This document shows, in pieces, positions 57,204 to 63,383 of a stretch of DNA of 63,383 bases. Source of the stretch: an uncultured Methanomicrobiales archaeon. GTDB taxonomy: Archaea; Halobacteriota; Methanomicrobia; Methanomicrobiales; JACTUA01. The position numbers and the translations under genes were made by a program. The stretch lies in assembly GCA_964551875.1 (NCBI GenBank), contig CAZKEV010000006.1:1-63383 (forward strand). The letters run 5' to 3'. The notes under the pieces are model-generated. The model was not told the origin of the DNA and searched no databases. It saw only the letters and a program-made list of their open reading frames with translations. Within the stretch, counting starts at the first letter, position 1, and every line of letters begins with the position of its first letter.

Positions 57204-57905
57204 ATGCTTTTCGACAATCCCCTCTGGAACAACACGATGATCCTCCTTGGCGAGGCCACGGTCCTCATCGGGGTATTCCTCTTCGTCTCGGCCCTCCTCC
57301 TCCTCATCATCGCCCTCGTCTCGGTGAGGAACGGGCATCTCTACCTCCCGAGGATCATGAAAACCTGGTTCTTCCTCCTGGAGGGGCTGGTGAAGGCCGT
57401 CTGCCGGTTCTTCGGCCTTGATGACCGGGACCTCATCTCGTTCTCCATCAAGCTCCAGAACTCCATGAACAAAAAGTCCTTCCAGGGTGTGCCGGTGAAG
57501 AAGAGGGCCGTCTTCCTCCCCCAGTGCCTCCGCTCGGCCCGCTGCCCGGCCAACCTCACGCCGGAGGGGATCTGGTGCCAGGGGTGCGGGCTCTGCACCA
57601 CCGGCGATGCTATCCGGGAACTCCTGAGGATGGGCTACCGGGTCTTCATCGTCCCCGGGTCGAGCTTCATCAAGCGGATGGTGAAGAAGTACCGGCCTGA
57701 TGGGATCATCGGGGTGGGCTGCACCCTGGAGGTGAAGGAGGGGCTCGACCTGTGCGACCAGCTCGGCATCCCCGGGATGGGAGTCGTGACCCTGAAGGAC
57801 GGGTGCGTGGAGACCTGCGTGAACTGGAACGAGGTCTTCGAGGTAGCGTCCCTCGGGATCGCACCGGCCTCAGGCCCCGACAACCTTCACGAGCCTTCCC
57901 GATAG
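57204..57905 (+). CDS. DUF116 family protein (N-terminal TM, Cys motifs)
   Basis: FLPQCLRSARCPA, CQGCGLC, GVGCTLE, DGCVET. Confidence 0.85.
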   Translation: MLFDNPLWNNTMILLGEATVLIGVFLFVSALLLLIIALVSVRNGHLYLPRIMKTWFFLLEGLVKAVCRFFGLDDRDLISFSIKLQNSMNKKSFQGVPVKKRAVFLPQCLRSARCPANLTPEGIWCQGCGLCTTGDAIRELLRMGYRVFIVPGSSFIKRMVKKYRPDGIIGVGCTLEVKEGLDLCDQLGIPGMGVVTLKDGCVETCVNWNEVFEVASLGIAPASGPDNLHEPSR

Positions 57906-58280
57906 TTTCCCGGTCTCGGCCTTTCCCTCGACGGTGATGCTCCTCCCGCTCACCACGTCCCCCACCCTGACCCCGGGCCTGAGCCTGACGTCCCGTGCTG
58001 CCCGGATCATGCCGATGGCGGCGCCATCGCAGACCAAGACATCGCCGACCGCGACAAGGGGTCCCCGGATCCGCGCATGGTCACCGATGATGGCGTTGCC
58101 GCACCAGACACCCGCCCCGATCGTCGAGAAGGGGCCGAGGGCGAGATCCCCCTCCACGACGAGCCGCCCCCAGAAATGGGTGTTCCTGGGCACGAGGAAG
58201 TCCCCGTCGATATGGACGTGGCCTTCGAAGTACGCCCCCCTCGGCACGATGAAGGTATCATTCCACCGGTATATCTTCAC
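57870..58280 (-). CDS. Beta-solenoid protein (polymer-forming cytoskeletal/bactofilin-like)
   Basis: Repeating I/V-x-G-D/N pattern (VHIDGDF, LVVEGDL, LVAVGDV); GTG start. Confidence 0.7.
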   Translation of the reverse strand: MKIYRWNDTFIVPRGAYFEGHVHIDGDFLVPRNTHFWGRLVVEGDLALGPFSTIGAGVWCGNAIIGDHARIRGPLVAVGDVLVCDGAAIGMIRAARDVRLRPGVRVGDVVSGRSITVEGKAETGKLSGRLVKVVGA

Positions 58281-58296
58281 AGTCCCCACCACCTTT

Positions 58297-59163
58297 TCAG
58301 GATACCGGGATATGAAGGTTCCCGGAGAGGATGGCAGCTCCCGTGATCACGACGAGGGCCAGGAACATCCCCACCTTCAGGATGGTGGTAGACCGGGAAA
58401 TCCGGACGCACTCCGGGGTCCTGCACCGGAGAGCCCGGGCGGCCCCGAAGAGGATCACCACGTCCGCCGCCCCAACCCCGACAAGGTAGGCTGGCCCCCA
58501 CCACGGGACAACAGGGAGGAGGGAGACAGCGATTGCACCGAGAGCGCAAGCATAGGCTAATATTCCGGTCTTCTTCACACCGAAAACGATCGGGACGGTC
58601 CGGGCACCCGCGGCGCTGTCGCCAGCCACATCCTCTGCATCCTTCAGGAGTTCCCGGGAGAGCATGGCAAGGAAGGTGATCCCTGCAAGGGGCAGGGTCC
58701 TCTCCATGGCAGGGAGGCCGGCCAGGGCGCCGCCGAAGGGATAGATGCTTGCCGAGAGGTAGGAGACCGCCACGTTCCCCCAGAGGGCTGTCCGCTTCAG
58801 GGTGCGCCCATAGAAGAGAAGGAGGAGGGAGCTCATCACCGCGATGATGACACAGGGGAGACCCGCGGGGATGGTGAGGACGAGGCCAGCTGCAAAGAGG
58901 GATGCCGCGAGGATCCCCGCCGCCTCCGGGGTCACCCTCCCCGACGGGAGCGGGCGATCCGGGCGGTTGATCCGGTCGATCTCCAGATCGCAGAGGTCGT
59001 TGAAGACGTTCCCCCCCGCGGTGATGGAGAAGACGATGGGGACGAGGAGGAGCGAGACCGGCGCCAGGGTTCCCGTGGCAACGATATACCCGAGGAGAGC
59101 CGCGAGGCCGGCGACGACGGAGTTCACCGGCCGCGTGATGGTGAGGAGGCCCACCAGGGTCAT
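58297..59163 (-). CDS. Digeranylgeranylglyceryl phosphate synthase (UbiA family)
   Basis: TRPVNS, GNVFNDLCDLEIDRINRPDRPLPSG, RELLKDAEDVAGD. Confidence 0.9.
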   Translation of the reverse strand: MTLVGLLTITRPVNSVVAGLAALLGYIVATGTLAPVSLLLVPIVFSITAGGNVFNDLCDLEIDRINRPDRPLPSGRVTPEAAGILAASLFAAGLVLTIPAGLPCVIIAVMSSLLLLFYGRTLKRTALWGNVAVSYLSASIYPFGGALAGLPAMERTLPLAGITFLAMLSRELLKDAEDVAGDSAAGARTVPIVFGVKKTGILAYACALGAIAVSLLPVVPWWGPAYLVGVGAADVVILFGAARALRCRTPECVRISRSTTILKVGMFLALVVITGAAILSGNLHIPVS

Positions 59164-59396
59164 GGAATGATGGAACCATTAGACCGATGGGGTATTCAAT
59201 GCATGGGTTCGCATTGAGAGGATATCGGGGTCACCGAAGGTGGGCTGATTACCCGGGAATCACGCTCTTTGGTGTGCCCGTTCGGTCCGGCTCCAGCCAC
59301 GGTGAGCCCATTCGGGAGGATACATGTCTTGATCCGTTGGAATGGTCCTTCATCAGTATCTGGTACCTGGAACCGGCCCGCACGAATCCCGTGGTC

Positions 59397-59442
59397 GACG
59401 GGGGATGCCCGCTGCGGGGGCGGAAGTCGCCCAAGAGCCCAA
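59397..59442 (+). repeat. 46-bp dispersed GC-rich element, copy 1
   Basis: GACGGGGGATGCCCGCTGCGGGGGCGGAAGTCGCCCAAGAGCCCAA; 43/46 identical to 63070..63115. Confidence 0.85.
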
Positions 59443-59541
59443 GAGAAAAATGATCAGTAAAATTCCAACTTTTATGAGGGAATGAGGCCTGGCAGAACAA
59501 CCTGGGATCCATCCACTGAATCTGCTATGAAGTATTGATCC

Positions 59542-61527
59542 TTATTCTTCAGCCTGGACGGGGAGGATTACCGTCGTGATCCCGCTGAACTGGAGGTTGC
59601 GCTGGATGGCGAAGGCGGTCTCGTTGTGGAGGAGCTTGTGGAAGGGGCTCTCGTGCCGGAAGACGATCTGGCCGGTGTAGAAGGTCGAGTTCGGGAACTC
59701 CTTTGCGATCGACTGGCAGAGGGTGACAGCCGTCTCCACCACGTCAGTCCCGGTTGCGGTACGGCACCCTGCAGCAAATCCCAGGGTGCGGGCAAGGTCC
59801 ACGTACTTCTGGAGGCCTGCCTGCACGGACTCCTCGAGGGCCTTCACCTCCCCCGCCCCCTTGAAGGAACCGGAGTCCACGACGGCGACCGAGACGAAGA
59901 TGAAGTTCTCGTACAGGTTGGGGAAGCTGCGGATGACGGAGTAGAAGGTATGGAGCCCGAAGCCATTGAAGCCGGTGACGAGCTGGACGGCAGTCATCTT
60001 CCTCGGGTCCACAGGGTCCGTGTTCACCGTGCCCGCTGCGGGTACGTTGTTTAAGTGGTAATCGAGCTTGTGAAACCCTGTGGTCACCTCAGTGTAGTGC
60101 CTTTTTATGAAGAAGCAGATCCCGATGACCGACGAGGTAATCAGGAGGGTGAGCCAGCCCCCCTCGGTGAACTTCTCGAAGATGGTGATGGAGAGGATGG
60201 TAGTACAGAGCACCAGCCCGGTGAGGTGGACCACGATATGCCTTGACCAGAGAGGATCCTCGCGCCTGCGGGTATAGAAGAACCGGGACATCCCGAACTC
60301 GGAGAGGGAGAAGGTGATGAAGACGTTGATGGCGTACATGACCACGAGGACAGAGACCGATCCCCGGGCATAGACGAGGAGAATGAGGGCCGCGCTGCCC
60401 ATGAGGAGGATCCCGTCCTGCATGGTGAGCCGCTCGGAGAGAGATGCGAACCTGCGGGGGAACCAGGAATCGATCGCCATGTTCGCCATCACCCGGGGTC
60501 CGTCGATAAAACCCGTCTGGGCTGCGACCATGAGGAGCGCCCCCTCCGAGAAGATGGTCACAAAGGCGAGGAGCCCCCCGAAAGCCCATCCCGAAAAGAC
60601 GAGATCCGCGAGGACCGCATTCAGGGTCTTCCCCGGTACGGGGGAGATCCCCCAGAGGAGGTAGCAGAGGAAGAGGCCCCCGGCCACGAGGGCAAGCGAG
60701 CTTGCCATGTACGCCATGGTCCGCTTCCCTGTCTGGACCTTGGGCTCGCGCATGATCTGGAGGCCGTTTGCCACCGCCTCGATACCGGTGTAGGTTCCTG
60801 CACCGAGGGAGTAGGCCCGGAAGAAGAGGGCCAGGATCCCGATGATGCCAATGGCTGAGAGATCGGCAGCGAGATTTGCCTGGATTGCGGAGGAGACCGT
60901 GCCAATATTCGAGGTATGGGAGATGATGCCGTATCCAAGAAGGAGGGCGTGGGTGATGATGAAGATGAGGAAGATGGGGGCAAGGACCTCCACCGACTCC
61001 TTCACGCCCCTCAGGTTGAGGAGGATGAGGAGGAGCACGAGGAAGACGGCGAAGACGAGCTTGAACCGCTGGAACTCAGGGGGTACAAAGCTGAAGATGG
61101 CCTCGGCACATGCCGCGATGGAGACCGTGATGGTGAGCATGTAGTCAACGAGGAGGGCGGAACCTGATACCACACCGGCCTGCTCGCCGATGGTATGGGT
61201 GGCGACGATGTAGCCGCCGCCCCCGCTCGGGAAGTGCTCGATGATCCGCGAGTAGGCGTAGGAGATGATAAAGACGGTCACCGCTGTGGCAAAGGCGAGG
61301 AAGATGGCGAGGTAAATATGGCTCCCCAGGGCAGCGAAGGCCTCGGGAGGACCGTAGGACGACGAGGAGAGCCCGTCGGCCCCGAGGCCGATCCAGGCAA
61401 GGAGGGGGATGAGGGCGATCTTGTGGAAGATGGACGGGTCGGCGATATTCCGCCGGGCTCCGATGAGCGCGTGGCGGATCCTCTGGGGAAAGCTCTCCCG
61501 GTCCTCTTCGTCGTTCTCTGGCTTCAA
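59542..61527 (-). CDS. APC-superfamily permease, KimA/YdaO-like (putative K+ transporter)
   Basis: GADGLSSSSYG, SYSRIIEHFPSGGGGY, LNLRGVKES, TGIEAVANG; ~12 TM helices plus a cytoplasmic C-terminal domain. Confidence 0.8.
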   Translation of the reverse strand: MKPENDEEDRESFPQRIRHALIGARRNIADPSIFHKIALIPLLAWIGLGADGLSSSSYGPPEAFAALGSHIYLAIFLAFATAVTVFIISYAYSRIIEHFPSGGGGYIVATHTIGEQAGVVSGSALLVDYMLTITVSIAACAEAIFSFVPPEFQRFKLVFAVFLVLLLILLNLRGVKESVEVLAPIFLIFIITHALLLGYGIISHTSNIGTVSSAIQANLAADLSAIGIIGILALFFRAYSLGAGTYTGIEAVANGLQIMREPKVQTGKRTMAYMASSLALVAGGLFLCYLLWGISPVPGKTLNAVLADLVFSGWAFGGLLAFVTIFSEGALLMVAAQTGFIDGPRVMANMAIDSWFPRRFASLSERLTMQDGILLMGSAALILLVYARGSVSVLVVMYAINVFITFSLSEFGMSRFFYTRRREDPLWSRHIVVHLTGLVLCTTILSITIFEKFTEGGWLTLLITSSVIGICFFIKRHYTEVTTGFHKLDYHLNNVPAAGTVNTDPVDPRKMTAVQLVTGFNGFGLHTFYSVIRSFPNLYENFIFVSVAVVDSGSFKGAGEVKALEESVQAGLQKYVDLARTLGFAAGCRTATGTDVVETAVTLCQSIAKEFPNSTFYTGQIVFRHESPFHKLLHNETAFAIQRNLQFSGITTVILPVQAEE

Positions 61528-61659
61528 GAATGGATCACTGGTGGAAGGTATGGAGGATCAGGGGCAGAGCGGGGTTCCCCGCCCATCCGTCCATGCAATC
61601 AAGGTGGATATCCCCCCATAATATCCTTTTAGTTCCTGATCCCTGGTGGGGATGAGCCA

Positions 61660-61734
61660 CGGGCTTGGGGGGATTCGAACCCCCGACATTCACCTTAGGA
61701 GAGTGACGCCCTATCCTGGCTAGGCCACAAGCCC
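61660..61734 (-). tRNA. tRNA-Arg(CCT)
   Basis: GGGCTTG acceptor stem; D-loop TAGCCAGGATA; anticodon arm TCACT-CTCCTAA-GGTGA; T-loop GGTTCGAATCC; no intron, no encoded CCA. Confidence 0.95.
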
Positions 61735-61797
61735 CCTTTTTATTACGTTTCTCTGGGTATATCTATAATGGTAGCGTCGATTCCCGGGGGCTCTTGC

Positions 61798-62910
61798 ATG
61801 GATCTCGTACCTGTCACCGAGGGAGGAACCGAGATCCTCGTCCCAGTCCAGGACCCTGCCCGCGCCTTTCCCCCGGGATCCTCACCGGTCTTCTTCAACC
61901 CGAGGATGGCCCTCTCCCGGGATGCCACCGTCCTCCTCCTCCAGGGGATCCCGCTCGAGAGCTACCTGGACGCCATGGGGGCAACCGGTGCCCGGGGGAT
62001 ACGCATCGCCAGGGAATGCGGGATACCGGTGACCATCAACGACCGCGACCCCCTCGCGATCGAGGTGATCCAGAGGAACGCTGCCCATACCGGGGTTCCC
62101 GTTGAGATCACCCAGTGCGACGTGAATCTCCTCCTCACGTCCCGGCGGTTCGATGCCGTGGACCTCGATCCCTTCGGCACCCCGGCCCCCTTCGTCGACG
62201 CAGCCGCACGTTCTGCCCGGAAGTACCTCTTTGTCACCGCCACGGATACGGCACCCCTCTGCGGGGCCCATGGGCGGGCCGGGGCCCGCCGGTACTTCGC
62301 GCACCCGGTGAACAACGAGTATCACGGCGAGACCGGCCTGCGCACCCTCCTCGGCTTCATCGTCCGGGAGGTGGTGAAGTACGACCGGGGGGTGGAACCG
62401 CTCCTCTCCTTCACTCGTGAGCATGCCATACGTCTCCACCTGAAGATCCAGCCCGGTGTCCGGGCTGCCGATGAGACCCTGGATCGGATGGGCTTCATTC
62501 TCCAGTGCAACCGGTGCTTCTACCGGGAGGAGGAACCCGGCATCGTCCCATCAGGCGGTCAATGCGCGTGCGGCGGGAGATTCATCCCCATCGGCCCCCT
62601 CTACCTGGGGGCAATCAACCATCCAGCCGTCATCGCCTCCATGCTCGACCGGCTTCACTCGGTGCCACTTGCCGCGGGGAAGGAACTCTACCGGCTCCTT
62701 TCCATCCTGCAGGAGGAGCTTCCCGCATCGAGCCATTACGATTATCACCGGATGGCAAGATCCCTCCACACCTCCCCTCCGCCGATAGAGACAGTCCTGC
62801 GGAGGGTTGAGGATTCGGGCTACCGGGTGAGCCGGGCGCACTACTCGGGGACCGCGATCAAGACAGATGCACCCGTCGGGGTCCTGGAACGAGCGATCAG
62901 CGGCGGGTGA
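61798..62910 (+). CDS. trm1: tRNA (guanine-26-N2,N2)-dimethyltransferase
   Basis: VFFNPRM..SRD, DLDPFGTP, VTATDTAPLCG, ETGLRTL, GPLYLG. Confidence 0.95.
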   Translation: MDLVPVTEGGTEILVPVQDPARAFPPGSSPVFFNPRMALSRDATVLLLQGIPLESYLDAMGATGARGIRIARECGIPVTINDRDPLAIEVIQRNAAHTGVPVEITQCDVNLLLTSRRFDAVDLDPFGTPAPFVDAAARSARKYLFVTATDTAPLCGAHGRAGARRYFAHPVNNEYHGETGLRTLLGFIVREVVKYDRGVEPLLSFTREHAIRLHLKIQPGVRAADETLDRMGFILQCNRCFYREEEPGIVPSGGQCACGGRFIPIGPLYLGAINHPAVIASMLDRLHSVPLAAGKELYRLLSILQEELPASSHYDYHRMARSLHTSPPPIETVLRRVEDSGYRVSRAHYSGTAIKTDAPVGVLERAISGG

Positions 62911-63069
62911 TCTTACCGTTCAGAAACGAGGGGCTCATTCATATTCATGGGTGGGGTTCGCCCTCGGGCTTGACCGGCTGCTCCGGCTTTGTGAGAGGGG
63001 TTGATGCTTCAGGATCGGGAAACAGATCTCGATATTCCAGGAAACGTCGCTTCGCCGGTCCCAAAACAC

Positions 63070-63115
63070 GACGGGGGATGCCCGCGGCGGGGGCGGTAGT
63101 CCCCCAAGAGCCCAA
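63070..63115 (+). repeat. 46-bp dispersed GC-rich element, copy 2
   Basis: GACGGGGGATGCCCGCGGCGGGGGCGGTAGTCCCCCAAGAGCCCAA. Confidence 0.85.
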
Positions 63116-63255
63116 CACGAAGAAGAATTTGGGGACTCGTTCCGGAATTCGAAACTCCTCAGAAAACGATCACCGGCGGACGCTCCTGGGGGCTTCGCTT
63201 GACGGCCCGATCCCGCCGCTGCGGCGTCCCAATTGCGATAGGACTGAATTGAATA

Positions 63256-63383
63256 TTACCGCCGGGTGATAATCGAGACTAGATCCCGGTCGTGCACCTT
63301 GTAGTGGAGCCCGACCCGTTGCCCGGGATGCTTCACCGCATCCCCCCAGATCCGGGCGTACCGGAACTTCTCCACGAACTCCC
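63256..63383 (-). CDS. C-terminal TGS domain of a DRG/Rbg-type GTPase (partial; not in the ORF track)
   Basis: Manual translation of the minus strand gives EFVEKFRYARIWGDAVKHPGQRVGLHYKVHDRDLVSIITRR*. Confidence 0.85.
   Translation of the reverse strand, partial: EFVEKFRYARIWGDAVKHPGQRVGLHYKVHDRDLVSIITRR

Noticed and set aside
61528-61740. tRNA-Arg as an integration site, or a c-di-AMP (ydaO) riboswitch upstream of the KimA-like gene
   Set aside because: No duplicated tRNA 3' end or integrase in the window; the 130-bp gap shows no recognisable riboswitch fold.

Overview
GC-rich archaeal chromosome segment. The gene set (HdrA-like, DGGGP synthase, PGF-CTERM anchor, rpl15e-psmA-rpoP superoperon without exosome genes) points to a Methanomicrobiales methanogen. 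It has three parts. (1) 1-4.1 kb: housekeeping genes (TPR protein, endonuclease V, hisD). (2) ~4.2-38.9 kb: a ~35 kb Mo/W-associated island. At its left end are a molybdenum-storage-protein (MosB-like) gene, TupABC and a Mop/TOBE protein; at its right end is WtpABC. Between them are nine secreted or surface genes carrying 14 copies of a sulfite-oxidase-like (Oxidored_molyb-like) domain in two subtypes. These domains are fused to variable cargo: PKD, transcobalamin-like DUF4430, purple acid phosphatase, DNRLRE, CBM-like jelly rolls, PEGA/DUF3344 and a pilin-like domain. Three of these genes are translationally coupled to wtpABC. Embedded in the island is a five-gene cluster resembling an archaeal donor-strand/WxL-csc-type fibre system. 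(3) 39-63.4 kb: core genes (lig, ribosome/proteasome/RNase P superoperon, moaC, nnr, DHH, NAC, trmI, pyrBI, coaD, HdrA-like, mtnA, DGGGPS, KimA-like transporter, tRNA-Arg(CCT), trm1, DRG GTPase end). Smaller oddities are a 317-bp identical repeat, a frameshifted pseudogene, a 63-bp palindromic in-frame insert in nnr, and a 46-bp dispersed repeat. All domain calls come from motif recognition by eye; no searches were run.
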